Shown here: one piece after another, positions 28,083 to 36,163 of the stretch
How the letters are laid out: each line of letters begins with the position of its first letter
Numbering within the stretch: the first letter of the stretch is position 1
Assembly: GCA_038134595.1 (NCBI GenBank)
Contig: JAYPVM010000004.1
Coordinates: 133,573-197,572 of the forward strand
Length of the DNA stretch: 64,000 nucleotides
DNA from: Pseudomonadota bacterium
Lineage (GTDB): Bacteria; Bdellovibrionota_C; UBA2361; OMII01
Direction of reading: 5' to 3'
Translations under genes and position numbers: made by a program
The notes under the pieces: model-generated
What the model was told of the DNA's origin: nothing
Databases searched by the model: none
Seen by the model: the letters and a program-made list of their open reading frames with translations, nothing else

Positions 28083-28134
28083 CAAAGTAGGAAAAACTAC
28101 AAAGTAGCAAAAGCTACGAGGTAGAAAAAGCTAC
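28083..28134. repeat. 17-bp tandem repeat x3, each unit containing the dyad GTAG-N6-CTAC
   Basis: caaagtaggaaaaacta caaagtagcaaaagcta cgaggtagaaaaagcta c. Confidence 0.8.
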
Positions 28135-28460
28135 AGTGTCTAGAAGAGATATTTTGTATCTGGGACTATACTATCTCTATGTATTCTCTAGCGCCGAGAG
28201 AAAGGCTACCACGATCAGGTAGAGGGGAAAACACCGCGGGCTTACATTTAACACTGTAGAAAGATAATTTTTGCCCAGTGCGCGATGATTTGATGCGTTT
28301 CTTTTCAGGATCTTAGCTAAATTCCTGTGGAGAGAGTTAGCCGTGATTTCTACCGCTGGTCTAGATCCGACATGCTTTTCGTACTCCCCCTGGCATTGAT
28401 TTTTATCGGGATTGTGAACAAGCGGAGGCGGTTAGTCGCAAATTCCTCAATAAAACTGTT

Positions 28461-28487
28461 TAAGCACAACTTATTTATTGCCGACAT
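28461..28487 (+). promoter_or_regulatory. Possible sigma28-type promoter of the hydrolase lipoprotein gene
   Basis: TAAG-N15-GCCGACAT versus consensus TAAA-N15-GCCGATAA; 39 nt upstream of ATG. Confidence 0.35.
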
Positions 28488-28526
28488 CTAACCTATAAGG
28501 TGAATCGACCAATGGGATAGTTAAGG

Positions 28527-29705
28527 ATGCAGAGAAGGGTTTTGACCACATGCGCGTTGTGCGCTGCTACAATGTTAGCAAGTGGCTGTTTTCGCATTTC
28601 AGGACGCTCTTTGAAGAACGAGCTCCCCGATAGGCCGGAGGCGATGAGACGATATTATGCGCCGCGGGAGTCTTATGGAAGTCATCGAGAGCAGATACGG
28701 GAGCGAACTGATGCTTATACGCTTCGTCACATTACAATTGATTCGTATGCCGGGCCGATAATCATCGATTACTATCAGGGTAAAAAACCGTCGAATTCTC
28801 TAGTGTTGGTTTTTCCAGTGCTTGGGGGGAAAAACTTTATTGAGAACCATTTTGCCCGCTACTTCGTTGAGTCTGGATTGGATGCCGCGATTGTTAATCG
28901 TAATAACGAATTTAAAGATCCAGGGCGTTTCAATGAGCTCGAGCAGCTGTTACGGGAAAACGTTATCCGAGACCAATTAGCTCTTGATTTTTTCGAGGTT
29001 GAATATGGAAAGACTCAGTTTGGGAGCTTTGGAATAAGTCGGGGAGCGATAAACGTTGCATTGACAGCGGGGGTTGATTCGCGCCTGCAGCATAATGTAA
29101 TGGCTATGGGCGGAACAGACCTCGTAAATTTATTTCGAGACTCTAAACAGGCGCGAATTGAAAAGTATATTAAAAAGGTGAGTTCAAATAGGGGATATTC
29201 TCGTGATGAGTTCTTTGGACACCTGCGTGAGCAGATACGAACGGATCCAAAATATACAGCACATTACCTCGATCCGAGTAAAACTCTCTTAATTCTCGGT
29301 TTGTTCGACCGTACCGTTCCATTTTCGTACGGCCTCAAGCTTCGGGAGCAGATTGGAAGGCCTGACACCATATTTTTGTTTTCCGATCATTACGTGAGCT
29401 TAGCATACACTCAAACTGTAAGTCTGCTGCCGCCGAGTAAGACAAAATCAGGGCTTTTCCCTTTCCCATACATCGAGCAGGAAGCGATTTCTTTCTATCG
29501 GCGGTCATTTGGTGAGGGAATTAATTGGAAAGCACTTCCCTTCAAGGTGCTTATGCTACCGGTAAACGTAGTAGCAGAAGTTTTTGCAGGAGTTGGATCG
29601 TTGGTTGAATGGATGGGTGGTAAGCATGTCGGCACATCTCAGATTTCCGATGACGAATTGCAAAATTGGAAAGAAGCTGAGCAGCGAGACGCTCAGTCGA
29701 ATTAA
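28527..29705 (+). CDS. Alpha/beta-hydrolase-fold lipoprotein
   Basis: Lipobox-like LASGC; nucleophile elbow GISRG; FDRTVP acid and SDHY His candidates. Confidence 0.75.
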   Translation: MQRRVLTTCALCAATMLASGCFRISGRSLKNELPDRPEAMRRYYAPRESYGSHREQIRERTDAYTLRHITIDSYAGPIIIDYYQGKKPSNSLVLVFPVLGGKNFIENHFARYFVESGLDAAIVNRNNEFKDPGRFNELEQLLRENVIRDQLALDFFEVEYGKTQFGSFGISRGAINVALTAGVDSRLQHNVMAMGGTDLVNLFRDSKQARIEKYIKKVSSNRGYSRDEFFGHLREQIRTDPKYTAHYLDPSKTLLILGLFDRTVPFSYGLKLREQIGRPDTIFLFSDHYVSLAYTQTVSLLPPSKTKSGLFPFPYIEQEAISFYRRSFGEGINWKALPFKVLMLPVNVVAEVFAGVGSLVEWMGGKHVGTSQISDDELQNWKEAEQRDAQSN

Positions 29706-29953
29706 TTTGTAGTGGAATAGATATACCGTCACTTTGAAGTGTTGGTACGAACTTGGATGAAGGTGAAATTTCTCCCGACAACTCCGTTCTCGGTACAGAG
29801 AGTTTAAGGCTGAGCCCACGATCAATACACGGTAGATAGGCAGAAGGGACCCCAGACAAGAGTGGGACCTATCTGTATATACAGATAAAGGGTTCTCGCT
29901 TCCCCGTACAGCACAGCTTCAGAATGCTTCCTCACTGAAGCGATAGGAACATA

Positions 29954-31222
29954 CTAAAAGCCGTGCGCTTCGAGTCCTGTTCTAAGATTAAAGTGCGAAT
30001 AGGGCTGTTCTGCGGCACGTTGTTTGGGTCCTTTGGCGTTGTTGACCCAAAACTGCAATCCTCGCGGCTCATAAATAACGTTATGAAAGTTAGAGGGCAT
30101 GGCAATGTGTGGCACTATCTCATTCATAATCATTTCGGGCGTTATGCTTCCACGATTAGTGGAAAGGGACTCCTGCATTCGGTCATCATAGTGACCGCCG
30201 TATACAATGTCTTTTAGAGCCGGAAAGGACATTTTGTCATCTTTCAGGTCTTCTCCAGGTCTGTGAATTTCAAATCTGTTTCGATCTCGGATGTAGAGTT
30301 CCGAGGAGTTGTTTTTTCCATCACTCATCAGGAAGACAAACGAATTGGTTCCGGGATGTTTTGTAATAATCTTTCGAACCTGCCGCAGGTTTTTTGCATA
30401 CGTTAAAACGTCCCGTAGTACAAATGGCATGGGTGTTCCGCGCATTGTTTCTCCTTCAGGATCACCATAACCCATCTCTCCCAGTGTGATCCCCTGCGCA
30501 TTCATACCGGAGACTGCCCCCAGAAAACCTACCCAGCCGATATTAGCCGAAGGAATGCCATTATCGGGAACGGTGACTGTGATTAATGGGTATTCATGTA
30601 GTTTAGAAATCTTGTGTAATCCCCAGTCGAGAACGCGCACGGTGTACATAGTCTTATCAGATGTGGCGCTGTTGGTCGCGCTAAAATTACTGCATGAACT
30701 TCCGTAGACGCCTTTCATCATGTCTTTGATGACTTTTTTTAGTTTGCGTTTACCTCCCCATTCTGTGATTTCAGGTAGAGCGTGAATTGCGTGCACCACT
30801 TTAAGAGGTATTCTTGCACCGTGAGCGAGCCCGTGCATCTCGTCGATATATTCTTGCGGAATAAACGGGCGTTGCCGTTCATAGCTTTCATACAAGAGTT
30901 CTTCGAAGTGGAATTTATCAAGAAGTTTTTCATACATAGACAATAAGTTGTCCTGAACTTCCTTTCTGAGTAGGGCGCCTTGTTGGTACCCCCGTTCGTA
31001 CGGAGTCCCTGAGACATAGAGTACGCGTATGCGGTGATCGTCAGTCCAGTCAAGGTGTGCTTTGCTTACGATTGCGCGCTCATGTTCAACCGATTCAATC
31101 ACATCACTTCGTATAAGGAAGTGGTCCGGGTCGATTCGCAAGTACGCACAGGCTGTGAAGTTAACGCTGATAGTGATAAGTCCAATGATATACATTATTC
31201 GGGAAAATAAAGATCCGCGCAT
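29954..31222 (-). CDS. Peptidase C45 / acyl-CoA:6-APA acyltransferase-like Ntn hydrolase (probable lipoprotein)
   Basis: SGTPYERGYQQG, EMHGLAHG, SCSNF nucleophile Cys, RVLDW, GAVSGMNAQGITLGEM; FTAC lipobox-like. Confidence 0.85.
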   Translation of the reverse strand: MRGSLFSRIMYIIGLITISVNFTACAYLRIDPDHFLIRSDVIESVEHERAIVSKAHLDWTDDHRIRVLYVSGTPYERGYQQGALLRKEVQDNLLSMYEKLLDKFHFEELLYESYERQRPFIPQEYIDEMHGLAHGARIPLKVVHAIHALPEITEWGGKRKLKKVIKDMMKGVYGSSCSNFSATNSATSDKTMYTVRVLDWGLHKISKLHEYPLITVTVPDNGIPSANIGWVGFLGAVSGMNAQGITLGEMGYGDPEGETMRGTPMPFVLRDVLTYAKNLRQVRKIITKHPGTNSFVFLMSDGKNNSSELYIRDRNRFEIHRPGEDLKDDKMSFPALKDIVYGGHYDDRMQESLSTNRGSITPEMIMNEIVPHIAMPSNFHNVIYEPRGLQFWVNNAKGPKQRAAEQPYSHFNLRTGLEAHGF

Positions 31223-31330
31223 GATACGAGCCCCTCTGTTTATTTAACTGCACTGGTCTACTAGTAAAGAGGCAGGAGAGAGCCCGATCGATGCGGGAAA
31301 AGCAATGAAAATGAGATTAAAATCACCGTT

Positions 31331-31717
31331 TTACGTTAGAGTTATCTCTTCAACGATCGCAAGCACCTCACGGGTGTCTACAATCCTGAGTGACTCATCC
31401 CAGGCAACAGTAGTGCCAACATCTTTTGGGATCAAAACAAGAGATCCGAGTGGAATCCCGCTCACGTTGGTTTCTTCGTCAGTGTGGCTATCGACTGTGC
31501 TAGCAACTTCAATCACTTCGGCTAAAAGACTCTCTTGGGCAGACGTTTTCGCGCCCTCAGGAAGATAGAGACCACTATCGGTTTGGTTGGATTCCTTGAC
31601 TAATTTTGCAACTACTCGAAATCCTAACGGGTGCAGCCGCCTGATTGGCCGAGACTCTTCAAAATGTAACGAGGTTTTCTTTGCGTTGTCTAAGGGGAAC
31701 TTTTTTGAATCTGTCAT
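31331..31717 (-). CDS. GroES/Cpn10-like protein (orphan, divergent)
   Basis: LHPLGFRVV, mobile-loop-like TDSGLYLP, AEVIEV, EVLAIVE. Confidence 0.78.
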   Translation of the reverse strand: MTDSKKFPLDNAKKTSLHFEESRPIRRLHPLGFRVVAKLVKESNQTDSGLYLPEGAKTSAQESLLAEVIEVASTVDSHTDEETNVSGIPLGSLVLIPKDVGTTVAWDESLRIVDTREVLAIVEEITLT

Positions 31718-31934
31718 AGTGCGACATCGTATCGATATCGAGTCTATTAGTCAAAGATGCAAACGCCGTTATGTGGAGCGGATTGCTGGTGGATTGTCTA
31801 ATAAGTAGCACTAGTATGACGGGTAACTTTCTAGAGCCAACAAAAGAAAATTAGTATAGATTTCAAGGGATCCTTTGGAGCTTCATGGGACTCTAACTAC
31901 AGTGTAATAAGATGATATTCGATTCATTCAGGAG

Positions 31935-33233
31935 ATGCTTGTGATGTCAGAGACCGCTGAACTACGTGTTGGAGAAAAGGTTATTGAGCTTCCAGTCGTA
32001 ACTGGAACGGAACAGGAAAAGGCGGTGGATGTTTCCTCGCTTCGGGGGAAAACGGGACTCATTACGCTTGATAACGGGTACATGAATACGGGTTCATGTC
32101 AGAGCGCGATCACATTCATAGATGGTGAAAAGGGAATCCTGCGCTATCGGGGAATTCCGATAGAGGTGCTTGCCGAAAAAAGCACGTTTTTAGAGACGTC
32201 TTATCTTTTAATACACGGGAAGCTACCAAGCCAAAATGAATTGGCTGAGTTCACCAATCGAGTCCGTCGGCACACCATGCTCCACGAAGACATCAAGGGG
32301 TTTTTTGACGGATTTCCTAGGGATGCCCACCCAATGGCAATTCTTGCCTCAGTAGTGTCCTCACTCTCAACATTTTATCAGCATGAGCTTACGAAGCCAG
32401 AAGAGGTGCAATTTGATCTCAACACGATCAGGCTTTTGGCTAAATTGCCAACTATTGCTGCGTTTGCTTACAAGAAGTCTATTGGACAGCCGATTATGTA
32501 TCCGCAGAATCATATGACCTACTGCGAAAATTTTCTACACATGATGTTTTCGACACCAGCAGAACACTATGAGGTCGATCCTGTCATGGCAGAAACTCTG
32601 AATCTTCTGCTGATTTTGCACGCGGATCATGAGCAGAATTGCTCTACTTCTACGGTCCGGATGGTAGCGAGCAGTAAGGCCAATCTTTGCGCGGCGATTA
32701 CTGCTGGTATATGCGCTCTCTGGGGGCCAAGGCACGGAGGTGCAAATGAAAGTGTCATTGATATGCTTGAGCAGATGCGCCGAGAGGGCGGAAAAGTACA
32801 GAAGTTCGTTGATATGGCTAAGGATAAAGACAGTAACTTTAAACTTATGGGATTTGGGCATCGAGTCTACAAGAACTTTGACCCTCGAGCTAAGATTATT
32901 AAGACCGCTTGCGATAAACTCTTACGCTCCCTAAAAATTTCTGATCCGCTTTTAGATCTTGCAAAAGAACTAGAGGAAGCGGCGCTCAAGGATTCATATT
33001 TCGTTGAGCGAAAGTTGTATCCTAATGTCGATTTCTACAGTGGTATCATATATAAAGCGATGAATATCCCAACGCGGGCTTTCACTGTAATGTTTGCATT
33101 AGGGCGTTTGCCAGGTTGGATTGCTCATGCCAAGGAATACAGCATGGAGGCTGGTAATCGGATCAATAGACCGCGGCAAGTGTATACTGGCCCAAATGTG
33201 AGTGAGTACACTCCGATGGATCAACGTGAATAA
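31935..33233 (+). CDS. gltA: Citrate synthase (type II)
   Basis: ITFIDGEKGILRYRG, FPRDAHPM, LHADHEQNCSTSTVR, GPRHGGANE, MGFGHRVYKNFDPR, LYPNVDFYSG. Confidence 0.98.
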   Translation: MLVMSETAELRVGEKVIELPVVTGTEQEKAVDVSSLRGKTGLITLDNGYMNTGSCQSAITFIDGEKGILRYRGIPIEVLAEKSTFLETSYLLIHGKLPSQNELAEFTNRVRRHTMLHEDIKGFFDGFPRDAHPMAILASVVSSLSTFYQHELTKPEEVQFDLNTIRLLAKLPTIAAFAYKKSIGQPIMYPQNHMTYCENFLHMMFSTPAEHYEVDPVMAETLNLLLILHADHEQNCSTSTVRMVASSKANLCAAITAGICALWGPRHGGANESVIDMLEQMRREGGKVQKFVDMAKDKDSNFKLMGFGHRVYKNFDPRAKIIKTACDKLLRSLKISDPLLDLAKELEEAALKDSYFVERKLYPNVDFYSGIIYKAMNIPTRAFTVMFALGRLPGWIAHAKEYSMEAGNRINRPRQVYTGPNVSEYTPMDQRE

Positions 33234-33250
33234 AATCATTTGGGTATGAA

Positions 33251-34048
33251 ATGAAGAGCGCCCGTGACCTAAAAGATCTATCTGCGGATGTAATTCACTC
33301 TATTCTGCTGAGGATAGATAATCGTAAAGTACATTGCTTCGATTCATCTGTGGCGCTTCCTTTCTTGCCGTCGACTCTGTGGATAGTTGAGAAGGGTGGG
33401 GTGTCTTTAGCGGTTCGGAAGCGCCCCCTATCGACTTTTTCAAGTGGCGAGATCGTTGGGCTATGGTTGGGTGATGAAGTTTTTGGAGACAGCCATGTGG
33501 CAGGCCTATCGCTTGAGATAGCTGAGGACGAAGCTCGTTTGATAGAATGCCCATTAAAAGATGTAGAGGACTTCTTCCGTGCGCATCCTGATCGAATTGC
33601 CCTGTGGAATGAATTCTTGTGCGCGTCTAGTCGAAACTGGTTTCGAAGATTTGTTGAAGAAGCAGCCCTGGCATTGCCACCAACGCCGCAGTATAAGCAC
33701 TATGGCAATGGAGAAACTATTATTGAAGAGGGGGATAGAGGCAACGAGGTATTTGTTCTCGAGCATGGCTTGGCGGCGGCCTCTGTTGAGGGGACGTTTG
33801 TAGGAGAGGTGCGAGAGGGAGAGATTTTTGGAGCGCTGTCAGTTTTGACAGAGGCGCCGAGAGGAGCCACAGTCCAGGCGAAAGAAGCGTGTGATTGCGC
33901 GGTATTCTCAGGAGCGGACTTTAAGATGTTATTGCGGACTCAGCCAGAGCTCTTTAGCCAATTTATTTCTGATTTAGCTCGAGTGCTACGTGATGTTAAT
34001 TTGTCTGTCTCCAAGACGGTTAATACCACATGGCGCAATCTATTCTAA
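33251..34048 (+). CDS. Tandem cyclic-nucleotide-binding-domain protein without HTH
   Basis: GETIIEEGDRGNEVFVL...GEIFGALSVLTEAPRGATVQA; degenerate N-terminal cNMP-like domain. Confidence 0.78.
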   Translation: MKSARDLKDLSADVIHSILLRIDNRKVHCFDSSVALPFLPSTLWIVEKGGVSLAVRKRPLSTFSSGEIVGLWLGDEVFGDSHVAGLSLEIAEDEARLIECPLKDVEDFFRAHPDRIALWNEFLCASSRNWFRRFVEEAALALPPTPQYKHYGNGETIIEEGDRGNEVFVLEHGLAAASVEGTFVGEVREGEIFGALSVLTEAPRGATVQAKEACDCAVFSGADFKMLLRTQPELFSQFISDLARVLRDVNLSVSKTVNTTWRNLF

Positions 34049-34070
34049 AAATATTTTACAAGGAAGCGAG

Positions 34071-34739
34071 ATGAAGCAGTATTCCACATCTCAGGAAGAA
34101 GATGCCGTGGGGCTCCGATTTGCGTTTCGCCCCGGAGCCAATTCAGAGTCTCCCGTAGTGTTATTTATTCATGGACGGGCGGGAAATCGAGATGTTATGT
34201 GGGCTTTTCAGAGAACTATTCCTGCCGATTTTGCCATTGTTGCATTCGAAGCCTTTACCACCGATTCAATCGGAGGGTATTCGTGGTGGGATATGTCTCA
34301 GAAAGGCACTCTGCATGAGGCAATTCCCCACGCGGCGAAACGACTAAGTTCTGCGTGGAATGCCTTTAGAGATTTAAAGGTATTGTCGCCATCGAAAGTT
34401 ATAGCTGTGGGTTTTTCTCAGGGGGCAATACTCATTTCAGCAAGTGCGTTCATGGGGGATTGCGCGTTTGATGGAATTGGCTTACTGGCAGGTTTTCCGT
34501 ATGTGGATGAGGAGAGATTTAATCCTATTAAAATCCCTTCGGTTTTTATGGCAAACGGAACAGATGACACAATTATACCAATTGAACGCGCAAGAGAGGG
34601 ACGCAGTCGCTTGGAAAGCCGGGGGATTTTTCCGGAGTTGGTGGAAGAACAGGTTGGGCATAAGCTTGGCGTTCAGGGCATGAAGGCATTGAAGCAATGG
34701 ATTGTGGACTTTGGCGGTAGCACGCAAGAACCGCAATAG
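34071..34739 (+). CDS. Phospholipase/carboxylesterase (alpha/beta hydrolase)
   Basis: FIHGRAG, GFSQGA, NGTDDTIIP, VGH; start ATG 34071 after AAGGA. Confidence 0.88.
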   Translation: MKQYSTSQEEDAVGLRFAFRPGANSESPVVLFIHGRAGNRDVMWAFQRTIPADFAIVAFEAFTTDSIGGYSWWDMSQKGTLHEAIPHAAKRLSSAWNAFRDLKVLSPSKVIAVGFSQGAILISASAFMGDCAFDGIGLLAGFPYVDEERFNPIKIPSVFMANGTDDTIIPIERAREGRSRLESRGIFPELVEEQVGHKLGVQGMKALKQWIVDFGGSTQEPQ

Positions 34740-34976
34740 TTTGGTATTACGGTGTCAGAAATCTAATCGCGGCAATCGCGCGCCATCGCCCTAACCATCT
34801 GATATCAAAGCATTATATGGTCTTGTGCGGTGCTTTCGCAGAGCCTTGAAGTTATCAATATTTACTCTGCTGAGAGTTCTTTTTTGGGTAAAGCCGCATC
34901 TTAACATATTGAAACCGTGACGAATATCTGTTTTCAAGGGATACGTGTTGCAAGCGTAGCAGAAGGGCGCTAGACG

Positions 34977-35894
34977 ATGAGCATTACAAGTCTCGACAAA
35001 GTCATAAATACGAATTTTCTGGCGAAGCTCGCGAAAGTCAGTGGGGGATCTCAAAGCGCATCTCCGCTGGGACAGGGTGCTGCTTCGAGTACGAGTCTCT
35101 CTCCGCAAGTGTTGTACGATTCGATTCGAGCAGGAGCTCGTAACTTTGCGGCGGGTTTTCAGCTGCTTAATGCTAGTGCAACTTTTGTGAATATCTCACT
35201 AGATACCAACGAAAGACTCTTAGATATCGTTGGAGATCTCCAAAATCTGACAAAAAAGGCCAACAAGGGAAACATATCAGGAACACAAGCTCGAAAGATG
35301 AGAGCTGAGTTTGATGAACTCGCGGACCGATTTGACAAGTTGATCGAGGACGCAACGGAGGGGAAACAAGATTATTTTGACCCGAAGGAGCTCGAAGATG
35401 TGCTTGTTCGCGCGGGACTGGACAAGCAGAAAGTAACCGAGCTTGCGGTCAATTTACGAAAGTTTGTTTCTCCTGCAGAGCAAAATCTGGATTCAGACGG
35501 AAACGTCACCAATACCGGAAATCCGGTACCTCTCACTGAGTTTCAGAAGGCGCTACGGACCGCTGTGGTTGATCCAGACGATCCGAGTGACGACAGGTCG
35601 GGCTTCTTCACAAAGATAGGAAAGACCCTACAGAACTTACAGTTAAAGCTTGAGGGTAATATCAAGTCTCTAAAGGATACAGCCTCGTTGGTGGGAGAGA
35701 ATATCACTCTTACTCGAGCGGCAGGATTTGCGTTTCTGGACGTTTCAAATGAGATGACAGGCCTAGAATCGGCTGAGGAGATTGTAGCAGATATTCAAAA
35801 GCGAATTCGCCAAGATGCCGCTACATCACTTCCGCAGGTAAAAAATCTTGAAAACATAATGATTGCAGGTTTGGCTACGTTGCTTGAAAAATAG
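34977..35894 (+). CDS. Divergent flagellin-like protein
   Basis: AGFQLLNASATFV...LQNLTKKANKGNISGTQARKMRAEFDELADRFDKLIEDAT mirrors the flagellin N-terminal D1 helices; IRQDAATSLPQVKNL mirrors the C-terminal D0 helix. Confidence 0.6.
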   Translation: MSITSLDKVINTNFLAKLAKVSGGSQSASPLGQGAASSTSLSPQVLYDSIRAGARNFAAGFQLLNASATFVNISLDTNERLLDIVGDLQNLTKKANKGNISGTQARKMRAEFDELADRFDKLIEDATEGKQDYFDPKELEDVLVRAGLDKQKVTELAVNLRKFVSPAEQNLDSDGNVTNTGNPVPLTEFQKALRTAVVDPDDPSDDRSGFFTKIGKTLQNLQLKLEGNIKSLKDTASLVGENITLTRAAGFAFLDVSNEMTGLESAEEIVADIQKRIRQDAATSLPQVKNLENIMIAGLATLLEK

Positions 35895-36163
35895 CCTCTC
35901 ACAAAAAAGAGAAAGAGTGTATAATGACCCGATTTGATTGTATAAATGCACATCTCTGGGAGATGCAATGAGCAAAAGAGCCGCTGGTTGTCGAGTCGAC
36001 CCAAGGCGGTATTAGGAGCGAGATAGAAAAAAACGGTGAGGTCTCTCGGCAATAATGGCAAGAAATACTTAGCTTAGGTAGAAAAGAAGCCGTTAACCCC
36101 TTGAAGGCTTTCGTGCATTTGATAACCTTTTGAGCTGATGTGATTTTTAAATACGTGGGTACT

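Noticed and set aside
29870..29887. Palindrome TATCTGTATATACAGATA as an SOS box
   Set aside because: CTGT-N4-ACAG spacing is not the CTGT-N8-ACAG LexA box, and it lies between convergent 3' ends, so a terminator-like hairpin is more likely.
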